Virus record (IMG/VR): IMGVR_UViG_3300050014_000310
Location: 64,694 to 128,693 of that record
Strand: one strand, 5' to 3'
Length of the DNA: 64,000 bases
From: a virus
The notes under the pieces were generated by a model. It saw nothing but the letters and a program-made list of their open reading frames with translations, was not told the DNA's origin and made no database searches. Both the position numbers and the translations under genes were made by a program. Shown here one piece after another: positions 18,606 to 28,500 of the stretch (position 1 is the stretch's first letter; each line of letters opens with the position of its first letter).

Positions 18606-19466
18606 TTACGCTGCAAGTCTTAAAAATTCGCTCTTTGCCATCATCATTACTCGATTGTTGTGCCAAACCCTATGCGGGAACACAATCCGGTTAATGTCAA
18701 TAATTGGCTCGGCATAGCACCTACAATTCCATATGTTTCCAGCATGGTACGGCGCAGGAATCGTCTTGGGTGGCTTCCCCATCAGGGTTTCAGGCCGGGG
18801 TGGTTCATTCCAGAAAACGATCACATCATCCATCTTCTTGTGGCCTTCTCTGACCCTCTCGTCTTCACTTGTCCGCCAGATATAGGCACTGATGCCCATA
18901 TCCTCGGCCCGAGCCTGCGTCAGGCTTGCTCCGGTTTTGCTGCACTCTGTCCGAGCGATCAACCGCGCCTTCGCCCTACTATTAGCCGGAAACATCTTCA
19001 CGATATCCCCTGCGATGTCCTCAGCCCTTCTGCCTGCAATCGTTTCTTTCCCAACATACTCGGTCACATGGCCCGCGATATCCAGGGGCAACGTTTTTAT
19101 CAGTTCAGCATTACGCAAAATCTGGAAATTAAACACGCCACCAACTGATCCGTTCAACTCATGCCGTAAGGCCTCGTAGATTAAACGTCCCTTCGATGAT
19201 TCCCTCGCGGCTTCCCGCCAACTGTGAGCGCCATCGTGCAGGAGCATCGTCACCATGTTTTTTGCTACCTGGTCGGCGAAATCGTTGACTCGGTAAAGTG
19301 AGGTGAAGGATCTCAGGTTTCGTACCATCTGGAGCGGATCTTTTTCGTCTTTGATGATGCCGTATAGGGCATTGACGAGTTTTTGAAGCTGGGCGAGAAA
19401 GTTCTTTTCGATTCTGGGTTTTGAACTCCAAAAGTCGTATTTGCGGAGTGCGGCATCCATTGGCAT
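18606..19466 (-). CDS. Minor head morphogenesis protein (Mu gpF / SPP1 gp7 family)
   Basis: ARLIARTE, YIWRTSEDERVREGH, HAGNIWNCRCYAEP. Confidence 0.9.
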   Translation of the reverse strand: MPMDAALRKYDFWSSKPRIEKNFLAQLQKLVNALYGIIKDEKDPLQMVRNLRSFTSLYRVNDFADQVAKNMVTMLLHDGAHSWREAARESSKGRLIYEALRHELNGSVGGVFNFQILRNAELIKTLPLDIAGHVTEYVGKETIAGRRAEDIAGDIVKMFPANSRAKARLIARTECSKTGASLTQARAEDMGISAYIWRTSEDERVREGHKKMDDVIVFWNEPPRPETLMGKPPKTIPAPYHAGNIWNCRCYAEPIIDINRIVFPHRVWHNNRVMMMAKSEFLRLAA

Positions 19467-19549
19467 AGGGGATCACCTTGATTCTTGTCTTTATTCACTT
19501 CAAATAAAAAAGCACCCCGAAGGATGCCCTATTTTACTTATTATTTTAA

Positions 19550-20227
19550 TTATATATCATTAAGTTTTGCGAATTCACCAAAGAGTTCTGTCGCTGCCTT
19601 GTTGTATGCAAGAGCGGCTTCTTCTTCTGTCTCATAATAGCCTAAACTTCGATTCCTACCATCATGCTTTATATATGCGTTGTATCGCTTCTTTCCTCTT
19701 TTATAGCAATAAACACCCTTATATTTACTAATGGTATTTTTGCGTTTATTAGTATTATGAAGATTTTCAGCATTTGTGCAAATTCTTAAGTTTTCTCTTC
19801 TATTATCACAAGTATCATGGTTAATGTGATCAACGTACTGACCTTCTTGTGCATCGGTAATTATCCTGTGCATTAATTTGATCTTTCTATTAAAACGCGT
19901 AGATGGATAACCTTGAGAACCAATACACCATGTATAATTCTTTATGAATTCAAAATCAATTTTATCAAAATAAAACTTTTTACCTTTTTGCGTGATGCCT
20001 ACCATACACCCATCTTGTTCATAAAAAATGTTTTTTGATAAATTGCATCCTTCGGTACCACACGTTGTGGTCGATCCACTCATCAAATTAAATGATAGGG
20101 GATGCGTTTCCATCCCACAATCACAAATACATTTCCATCTAAACCTACCTCTGGATCGCTTTTCACTAGGTTCAACAACAGTCAATTTCCCAAATCTTTG
20201 CCCAGTTAAATCGACAAACTTACCCAT
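19550..20227 (-). CDS. HNH endonuclease with C-terminal AP2 domain
   Basis: DLTGQRFGKLT; VDHINHDTCDNRRENLR; SKYKGV..LGYYETEEEAALAYNKAA. Confidence 0.9.
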   Translation of the reverse strand: MGKFVDLTGQRFGKLTVVEPSEKRSRGRFRWKCICDCGMETHPLSFNLMSGSTTTCGTEGCNLSKNIFYEQDGCMVGITQKGKKFYFDKIDFEFIKNYTWCIGSQGYPSTRFNRKIKLMHRIITDAQEGQYVDHINHDTCDNRRENLRICTNAENLHNTNKRKNTISKYKGVYCYKRGKKRYNAYIKHDGRNRSLGYYETEEEAALAYNKAATELFGEFAKLNDI

Positions 20228-20322
20228 AACAATAGCACCTCCTGTAGTGTTTTCCTGATTTTTATTTGTGGGAAAGGCGGTCAGGAAACCGCCCTTGTCA
20301 GGTGTACAGCCCTATCCCACAA
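20228..20322 (-). ncRNA. Putative structured leader RNA, copy 2
   Basis: P1 TTGTGGGA/TCCCACAA, P3 GGGCGG/CCGCCT, loop TTTCCTGA complementary to downstream TCAGGAAA; extended -10 TGGTATAAT just upstream. Confidence 0.65.
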
Positions 20323-20337
20323 TGTAATTATACCATA

Positions 20338-22038
20338 TTACCCCTGCTTCATCATCAAAGTTAATTCGGCAAAATGTTGCTTTTCTTCGTTGAGAATTTC
20401 TTGCAATTTTGCCTTATCCTTTTCTTCTATACTAGGAGACTGAAGAATTTGATCATAAAGATTGATAGCTTCAATTTCACCGTCTAAAGCCATTTGCAAT
20501 AGTGCCATTCTGGTCATCCCCTTAAAAACATCGTTGGAATCGGCCGCGCTGCCTTTTTTTTCGCCTAACATCTCTTTGCTTGATTGCTTCTCTTTTTCGT
20601 CCCCCAGCAGCCCCAGATCCGGCGTATCTTCCCCTGCGCCCCCAAAATCATCACTGGCCCGGGCAATATCCTTATCGCTTATACTTGTAAAGATATTTGT
20701 CGAGTAACTTAATTCATGAAGTTCAGTCAAATAATGCTTCTGGCTTATCGCCCCGTCGTTCCAGGCCTTCGAGATCGACTCCACCTTTTTCGCAACCGTG
20801 TCCGATGCCTTATCCTCGGTAGGTGTCGAAACCGGATTAAACTTGATCCCCAGATCCTTCGGTATCTTCCCAAATTCGCTCATAAACAGCACCGGGTACA
20901 GTTTGTTCAGCTTCGGTCGCAGATCCTTATTCTGCTGCTGCCCGATCATGTCTGTGTACATTTGGATGTCGGACTCACCGGTGGCGTTCATGCCGGCCGG
21001 ACTTCTCCCAAACAGCCGCGTCATTGGTATGTCGCAGGCCCCGGAAATATCCATCATCTGAGACTCGCTTATTTCTTCCAGCCCGGCAAAGGTGTAATTG
21101 ATCGCCGAAATCGTCTCACCTTCGCCGACGATCATCATGCCATTATTCGACCTCATCTGGTTCTGAGCCGATTTAATATTATAAAAGTTTCTCTGCATCT
21201 CCGGATCAGAGGCTGCCTGCAACTGGTTGAATCCTTCAACCTGGTCAACCAGTAGATTGGCCTGGAACACTAGGGACGCGATATTCCAGGATGTGGAGTC
21301 TCTTTTCAGTAACTCCTCATAAACGTGCTCCATCACCGACGATCCCCAGTAGATCTCGGCCATCTCTTCCCAGAAGGGCAGTTTCTTGCCGGTAAACCGT
21401 AGGACCCTACTATGATGCACCTTGGAAATAATCGCCTCGGATACGGTGTCCCTGACCTCGTAGAACTCAGGCATCCCGAATTCAGGGTCCCGAATATCCT
21501 TGATCAGTTCCAGCCCCGGGTAAATGCCGGACCAGCGATCCACCACCATTAAGCCACAGAACGAGCCAGGCAGGATATCATCGTAATCTAACGGCTCATC
21601 GAGTTTATCCTCGTGGCCGTCGATCATCATAATAGCGCCGGCGCCGCCATACAAACGGCCCCAGTAGAGTCCCTCGAGCAGCTTCTCTTTGACTAACGTG
21701 CGTTGCTCAAGCTTATTGATCCTGTCCGTCTCTTTGGGTTGGAGATCAGTGGTCAATGCCCAGCCGTTTTTCATCATGTCTTCGGGGACGGTGTTGACGA
21801 TCTTATTGCAGATCCAGGAATTGCGATATAGAGAATTGAGGAGCTGGTAGTTGCGAGATAAGCGGGTTAACGGATAGGTGGCGGCAGAGATAATATTCTC
21901 TGACGCGCTGCCGAGACGAGCCAGGGAATTTTGGAAGGTGTCCATGACGGTGGAGCGAACCGGGCGGACGTTTCGCTGGGTAGTTAAATTTCCGGGACGC
22001 GAGTTGGGGCGATTGACGATACCTTTTTTGGTTGCCAT
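20338..22038 (-). CDS. Portal protein (DUF1073 family) with C-terminal ferritin-like extension
   Basis: LYRNSWICNKIVNTVPEDM, WGRLYGGA, HHSRVLRF, IPMTRLFGRSPAGMNATGESD; probable start MATKK. Confidence 0.88.
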   Translation of the reverse strand: MATKKGIVNRPNSRPGNLTTQRNVRPVRSTVMDTFQNSLARLGSASENIISAATYPLTRLSRNYQLLNSLYRNSWICNKIVNTVPEDMMKNGWALTTDLQPKETDRINKLEQRTLVKEKLLEGLYWGRLYGGAGAIMMIDGHEDKLDEPLDYDDILPGSFCGLMVVDRWSGIYPGLELIKDIRDPEFGMPEFYEVRDTVSEAIISKVHHSRVLRFTGKKLPFWEEMAEIYWGSSVMEHVYEELLKRDSTSWNIASLVFQANLLVDQVEGFNQLQAASDPEMQRNFYNIKSAQNQMRSNNGMMIVGEGETISAINYTFAGLEEISESQMMDISGACDIPMTRLFGRSPAGMNATGESDIQMYTDMIGQQQNKDLRPKLNKLYPVLFMSEFGKIPKDLGIKFNPVSTPTEDKASDTVAKKVESISKAWNDGAISQKHYLTELHELSYSTNIFTSISDKDIARASDDFGGAGEDTPDLGLLGDEKEKQSSKEMLGEKKGSAADSNDVFKGMTRMALLQMALDGEIEAINLYDQILQSPSIEEKDKAKLQEILNEEKQHFAELTLMMKQG

Positions 22039-22079
22039 GTTGGTTGATCGCCCCCTTTGGTGGAAATACGAATATAAAA

Positions 22080-23399
22080 TCAAGCTGCTCGTTTGACGAT
22101 AGTTTTGACGAAGTAACGAATATCATCGAGGCAATGGTCAAATGCCTTCACAACTTCTTCCGATCCTCGCTCAGAAGCCTTCTCGTTCCACACATAAGCT
22201 GCAAACTCTTTCTTCAGGTTAGGGCATTTATCGACGTTAATTAATAGCCGACCTTGCCGCAATAATGATGATACTAACCTGATTCCTTCTATTACTTCAT
22301 GTTTTGCGTTGATCACATCGTCTGTTCCCCTAGCCCTCAGTAACTTCTTCCTTAATGCCACCTTGAACGATGCCGCCGAAGGGTCAACGATGAGAGAAGA
22401 ATATCGCTTTAATGCTCCGTTTTCGTCTTGGATGAATTTATAAACATCCTCGACATATTCAGAGTCATCTTTCTGCTGATTATGCTGCTTTGAATCGTAG
22501 TAATATTCATCTTCAACGTAGTAATATTTGATATTGGTCAATAAATCAGTCTGCTCAATGATTTCATGCATAGCAAAGGGATTTGTAGTCCCATAATCCA
22601 CACTGTACCAACGCAGGTAATATAAATCATAATCAGGGCCACCTTGGCCGGTGTGATACTGATTCTTGGGAGCAAACATATCGTAGACAATACCTTCTGC
22701 GGCACTACGCTTCCCCAGGATATCCCGAAGATACCAGACTGAGTTTTTTGCGTAAGTTATTAACGTTGTTCGTATCTTTTCAGCAGTGAATGACAGATTA
22801 TCGAATATCGTAAAATGTTCATAGTTCAGTCCATAGTTTGGATATTGATCGTTGTTTTTCTGATGCATATCCAAAATTTCAGGGTAGAACCAATGCTGCG
22901 GAGGCTTCGGGTTGAGATCAAAAAAAAGTTTCCGATCCGAAGACGAGAGTGTCCGGTCGAAAATTTCTTTAACAAAAGGCTTGGCGCAATCATTGACTTC
23001 TGTTGCGTAAACGGTCCCATAAGTGTTGCCATGAATCGATTTTTCGTCGCCGTCCTTGCCTCCGCCGGAGATAAGGATTATCTTCTCTCCGGTCTTTGTG
23101 GAGACATAGAGGCAATCCCGGTTTTGATACTTACCTGGATGCGAACGCCCCTCAAACCAATTGGCAACGCCAAAGCCATTGCAGTCAATTATGTTAAGTT
23201 TTGCTGATGCCACAGAGAAGCCAGATGCCAGGTGGAGTTTGTCAGGATGTGTCTCCAGACATTCGCACCATGCTATGATGTTCAGGACATTTTTTCCCGC
23301 TCTTTTTCCACCTTCTGCTATATTTAACCAACTTTTGTATGATCTCTTCAGGTAATTAACTTGTTTCTGGCAGAACGCAGCATATTCTGGCATGATCAA
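22080..23399 (-). CDS. terL: Terminase large subunit
   Basis: AEGGKRAGKN Walker A, DLNP, VDYGTTNP, VDPSAASF, DHCLDDIRY. Confidence 0.92.
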   Translation of the reverse strand: MIMPEYAAFCQKQVNYLKRSYKSWLNIAEGGKRAGKNVLNIIAWCECLETHPDKLHLASGFSVASAKLNIIDCNGFGVANWFEGRSHPGKYQNRDCLYVSTKTGEKIILISGGGKDGDEKSIHGNTYGTVYATEVNDCAKPFVKEIFDRTLSSSDRKLFFDLNPKPPQHWFYPEILDMHQKNNDQYPNYGLNYEHFTIFDNLSFTAEKIRTTLITYAKNSVWYLRDILGKRSAAEGIVYDMFAPKNQYHTGQGGPDYDLYYLRWYSVDYGTTNPFAMHEIIEQTDLLTNIKYYYVEDEYYYDSKQHNQQKDDSEYVEDVYKFIQDENGALKRYSSLIVDPSAASFKVALRKKLLRARGTDDVINAKHEVIEGIRLVSSLLRQGRLLINVDKCPNLKKEFAAYVWNEKASERGSEEVVKAFDHCLDDIRYFVKTIVKRAA

Positions 23400-24610
23400 T
23401 CATCGCCGTTCTTGTCTTCTTCTTCTTCCTCGAAATCCTCAATACACCGATCCGGCTCCGGATGATTGATCAACTGAGCCAGCGTCGTCACCCGCTCGTT
23501 GTGAGCCGTTTCAGCCGCACCACTGTCACCCAGAGACTTTTTCTTTTCGATCTCCAGGCGCTCACGCTCAATAGCCATCTCCTGTTTCATCTTCTCAATC
23601 TTCAGTTTCTGCTCGTCGTTGGCCATTGCGTCGTACCTGGCGATCAATCTATCCAGAGTGACCATCGCCCTTGACTGAGCCGCCATGAATGTGGCTTGCC
23701 TGTCCCAAGAGAACTGGAACTCCCATTCCTCTTCCCGGAATACTTCGACCAAGGGTTCGCTGCCAGAAATTTCAGGATTATATTTTGAGTTGCCCTCTTT
23801 CTCGACTTTAACCTTTTTTATCTCCTTGATCATCTCATCCCGGTCACGCACGTACATGATCTTCTGCGCCCGGGCAATCTGAGCGTACTGGATGACGATC
23901 TGATCCCAAACTATGTCGATCGGGCTCTTGGCGTCGATGGCCTCGATGATTTCTTTCAATTCCGGATCGTCAGGCATGATCTTGGTGTAGAAGCCGTGCC
24001 GCATAGGGTTCCTGTTCCCTATCTGCCCACCGCTTCCGGGAGCTCCGCCATGCATCCAGCAAGTATTCTTGCCGCGCTCTACCGGGTTCTTACAGGGCTC
24101 ACCACCACGACGGTGGCCAGCGCATATCTTGTCCGGGTCCGGATTGCTGAGAATCGTCCGGCGCTCTCTGCGGAGCAACCCGAACTCCTTCTGCTCCTCT
24201 TTAGTCAACTCGTCATAGTCACTGCTCAGTTCAGCCAGGCGAGATTCTATTTGAATTAAATAGTTATCAAGCTTCTCCTGTGGCCAGCCGGCAAACTGCT
24301 GCTTCAAGGAATTCCAGATCTTAGTCGGTTTATCTGTTAACCGTTGCTTTTTCTCTGTCGATCCCTGTCGTTTCTTTTCCTGTTTCTTTTCCTCTACTGA
24401 TCTCTGTTGTTTCTTTTCCTGTTGCTTGTCTGTTGCCGACAGTGCCTCACGCATCAACTTTGACCGGCTGCCATTAAGTCTGCGGAACTCGTCCCGGACC
24501 TGGTTGGAATTTAAATTCTTCTTCCGGGCAAACTCGGCAATGCTTTTATATCGTCCCTGGCAATATTCCAGGTAAAGGCTTCGCCAGTCGTGTGTCGCAG
24601 TGCGCCCCAT
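23396..24610 (-). CDS. terS: Terminase small subunit
   Basis: N-term HTH; C..HGGAPG..GNRNPMRHGFY; QYAQIARAQKIMYV..WDRQATFM; overlaps terL start. Confidence 0.8.
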   Translation of the reverse strand: MGRTATHDWRSLYLEYCQGRYKSIAEFARKKNLNSNQVRDEFRRLNGSRSKLMREALSATDKQQEKKQQRSVEEKKQEKKRQGSTEKKQRLTDKPTKIWNSLKQQFAGWPQEKLDNYLIQIESRLAELSSDYDELTKEEQKEFGLLRRERRTILSNPDPDKICAGHRRGGEPCKNPVERGKNTCWMHGGAPGSGGQIGNRNPMRHGFYTKIMPDDPELKEIIEAIDAKSPIDIVWDQIVIQYAQIARAQKIMYVRDRDEMIKEIKKVKVEKEGNSKYNPEISGSEPLVEVFREEEWEFQFSWDRQATFMAAQSRAMVTLDRLIARYDAMANDEQKLKIEKMKQEMAIERERLEIEKKKSLGDSGAAETAHNERVTTLAQLINHPEPDRCIEDFEEEEEDKNGDD

Positions 24611-24649
24611 CGCTCCTCAACTCCAGTTTTGCGGGTGAATCTCGGAAAC

Positions 24650-24680
24650 AAAAAAGCCGCCCACGTTTTGGAGCGGCTCT
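24650..24680 (-). terminator. Intrinsic terminator-like hairpin before terS
   Basis: AGCCGC...GCGGCT stem followed by a T-run on the minus strand. Confidence 0.5.
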
Positions 24681-24912
24681 CGCTATTTTATAGACTATCA
24701 CTGATTTTTAATGCTGCGGTGTATCACAGTAAAATATCTTTATCATCGCAGATCTGGCTCATAGGACAAAGGCGATCTACCCCAGCGAGTGACTATAATT
24801 TTACCGCACCTGGTACATTTCCACTTTTCATCACCAAGAAATTCTTCTCGTGGCCCGTCGATCCAATGATGCTTGCGCCAAGTGTGCGGGCAAAATAACT
24901 GTTTGAACCGGT

Positions 24913-25452
24913 TCATAGCAGCCCCCTCTTTGAAGCCAAAATCACGGTATACTCCACAATCCTGGACCACCACTGGCTAAAAGTGAACCTTGATTCGACC
25001 CATGTTTGCTCCGGCTTCTTGCCAAGCTTCTCGGCGACCTGCCTAGCGTAATGATACTGCACATAAGCTACCCATCCCCTACGGCCGACATGGTGCCGAC
25101 ATTCTCGCCGCAGCATCAGAAAGATTCTCATTTTCCAGGGAATACGCTTTTCAATCTCCCGGACCAGCGCAATCCACTTTTCTACTTCCCCCAGATCGGC
25201 CAGGGCCGCCCCCCTGCTTCCTGTCGAATCACTGCTCGGTGTCGTTTTGATATATGGCATCTGCCAATGTCCCACCCCGGCCCTCTGTCCTTTGCCGATC
25301 ACAGTTATCCCCGCCGCGTTAATTGCCCCTGATGAGGCATCGATGATTTCCTCACGATGCTGCTGCATATCAACTTCCCGCTCATCCACCCATAATAGCC
25401 AACCTGAAGCGATACGATTGTCCCTCGACACCTCTTGCTCCAGTTCAACCAA
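24913..25452 (-). CDS. Putative late-transcription regulator (ArpU/RinA position)
   Basis: Last substantial gene before terS; size and C-terminal helical region; mainly positional inference. Confidence 0.5.
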   Translation of the reverse strand: MVELEQEVSRDNRIASGWLLWVDEREVDMQQHREEIIDASSGAINAAGITVIGKGQRAGVGHWQMPYIKTTPSSDSTGSRGAALADLGEVEKWIALVREIEKRIPWKMRIFLMLRRECRHHVGRRGWVAYVQYHYARQVAEKLGKKPEQTWVESRFTFSQWWSRIVEYTVILASKRGLL

Positions 25453-25595
25453 CTTGCCACCCCCGGAAAATATGTTGTAATGTTATCTGCTTGGTTTATT
25501 GCTACAAAAAGAGAGTGTTTGTTGTGATATTTTCAGTTTTTGGTGCATTTTGCCTAGTTAAATTTCAGCAGACAACTTGGCTTCATCCTTCCCTG

Positions 25596-28500
25596 CTACT
25601 GCTGTTTTGCTGCATTTACCCTGATCTGTTCCTGCTTAATTTTCTGCTGTAATTGGGGATCTCCTATCTTAACCCAACCTTCTTCTTCAGATACCAATAG
25701 GGCCAACGCCAACCTTTTTTCAAAAACAGCGTAGGCTTCATCTGTGCATCTGACAATTCCCAAGTGTTTACATAATCTATCAAATTGCTCTGTTGCTTTC
25801 TCCGTTTCTATCACAAAATGCATCCTGCTTGCATCCTGCATTCGTTTCTTGAAATACTCCTCTCGCCTAATTTGAGCCAACACCGGATCGCGCCATAATC
25901 GTAGTCGCAAGTTTTGTTCCCATACTGGAGCATTTGACGAATCCCATATCATATGTTTCATCTCCTTTTTTATTGTTTTGCTGCGTTTACCTTGATCTGT
26001 TCCTGCTTAATTCGATTGTTCATGTCAACGATGATCCTAGCCGCTTCTACTTCTTTTGCGGTAAAACCGACCATAAGCAGTAATTGGTCAATCAAATCAA
26101 GCCTGTAATTAATTTTGTCCATCGCCGTTTTGATGCCTGAGAGTATTTCAGGCAGGTTATCCTGGATCTGTTGTTTTAGTGCACGGCGCTGCTGGGCAGG
26201 ATCGAAGTTGGGATTTAGTATTATTTGCGGCATTGGGGTTGCTCCTCTCTCTAATTCAACTTTCGATTTCACCTACATATGGTTTTGTAGTATCCTCAGA
26301 CAATACTTGTACGTCGAGATTGTCCCAATAACAACTTGAATACTTGCCTTCTCGCCCTCGTTTCTCATATTTTTCTCTTGCCACTTCCAATGCTTTTTCT
26401 TTTGTCTCCACAATCACATATATTCGCAAATAGCTATCTGCCATAAAATCGTTAGTAACCTCAGCTAGTATCATTTAGTTACGCCTCTCTACTTAGTCAA
26501 AATTATAGGTCGTATCTCGCCCTACACTCAAACTTTACCAGTTCATCAACAAGTCTCTTATGATCCTCAGAATAATACTTGATCGCTTCAAGCAGAACTT
26601 CGATGGGATCATGACCATTCAAAATAAGCTGCGTCATCTGATAGAAAGCCGAATCGTCGTTTGCCAGCGGCATTTTTGCAAGGAACTCTACCAGTAAGAG
26701 CCTTGTCTTAGCGTCCATTTCCGGCCAGGGGGTAAGTTCTTTGCAATGTTTCTGCATATTTGTTTCTAACTGTGCTCGGCAATAATCTGTTTCAAAATCA
26801 GGCATTATCGTTTGCTCCTCTCACCTTAATCTAGTGGATGCAGTTCCTGATACTTTTCAAACCATGGAGCCAGCAAATCGTGTTCCTTTAGTGAAATAAC
26901 CGCGGGCGCTCCGAACATTCCCGCACTTCTCATCACGTTCATAGCTGCGCCCCTCACTTCACATGGAACATCATTTTCGTAAAGCATCCAAGCGCCAAAA
27001 CCCATAACATAGTGCTGGTATATAGACTGCAACATTCGCTCTTTTTGCTTTTCTGGGTTATTCCATTCGTCGTTAAAGTTTTTGATCATCTCGTCGAATT
27101 TCTCCGCGGTCAGCACATCTCCAGATTCACAGGTGCTCCAATTTGTACTTGTTGCATTGGAAGATTGGCCGCGTATAGCTTCGTAGATCTCTTTATCTAG
27201 TTTGTCGCTTGCTACTTTCTTTAATTGATAATTTTCCAAATTTCCTCTAAAATAACAACAAATCCGCTCCGTTCTGTAGTCCATTAAGCATTCGCAGACT
27301 TGTTCTGGATTAATTCCTTTCGACAACAATTTGTCTTTAATGAGCAATATCAGTTGTTCTTTACTTAGCCCACGGCCTGCTACTTGACTCATATAACCAG
27401 AAAACTCAATCGCTAGCATATTCTCCAACTTACCACCACTCCCTATTTCAGATTTCCCCTAAATAACTCTGCATTCTTCTCCGCGTCGATAAACTTCCTG
27501 AACCGCCAATCCTCACGATAAAGCCTCAATAGAAACTTGGAATCATTCACGGTTGCCTCTGTTAACTTATTTAGCAGCGCACTTGCCTTAGCATCCGGCA
27601 ATGCCGGTTTCCCTGCCTCTGTTATCATAGCTTCGTTGATCTGCTTTATCTCTTCCTGCATCAATTCCCTTGAGTATTGTTTGCCGATCTCATCAAGGAA
27701 CTCGCCAGGAGTGAGGTTATATTTCTCATAGAACGACCTCTCTGCGGACGACATCCTGCCATCAGGAGTCGCTATAATCTCGTCCATTGTCGGCTTCGAA
27801 ATAACTTTCTCCCAGATAACTTTCGGCTCAACAACATCAAAATCACTCGAAGAATACACCCTTAATTGCCCCCAAATAGCAATGGTTACATTTTCTCCAT
27901 TGACTTCAACGACAGTTCCAACCCACTTTTCAGCTTTATGTCGAACATGCTGATTGACAGAAAAATTCACGATATTTTCTTTTTCTAGCTCTCTTTCTGC
28001 CTTCTCCAACTTTTCCATTTGCTTGAATATTGGAAACGCTTTCTCTATCGGACTCCGACCATAACCGATAGATACATCCCTTGTCTGATCTTTCAATTTC
28101 TCAATGATTTCCGGATCAAAAATCTTGCACTCGAAGCTTGTAGGCTCACCACTCAGACTAATCGTAACTTTAATAACCTTACCCACAATGTTTCCTTTTT
28201 CATCATGAACGGGAGAACCGACAGCGGATATTGGGATTTGCACAGTTAGATTATCACCTTTCATAATTTCACTCATTGGTGTCTCCTTTCTTCCTGTTAA
28301 AATTCAATGGGCAATCAACATCATCCGGCCCAACATACTTTAAGTATTCACCATGTCCATCCAAGTTCTTAATTTCATAATCACGAGGATCGTAATCATC
28401 CCAATGATAACCATCTTCCAAAAACAATTCCCTAACCCGCTGTTCATGCTCTGCTGTTTGCCGATAACACCATTTAGCGTAATCAATAGCCTTCTGGCAA

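Noticed and set aside
3400-20227. Group I introns or IscB/HEARO-type elements around the HNH genes
   Set aside because: Flanking genes look uninterrupted, the leaders are only about 100 nt, and the proteins are about 215 aa with no RuvC motifs
20338-22038. Anti-CBASS Acb1, a label sometimes attached to DUF1073 proteins
   Set aside because: Sequence and position after terL indicate portal; I see no paired HxT phosphodiesterase motifs
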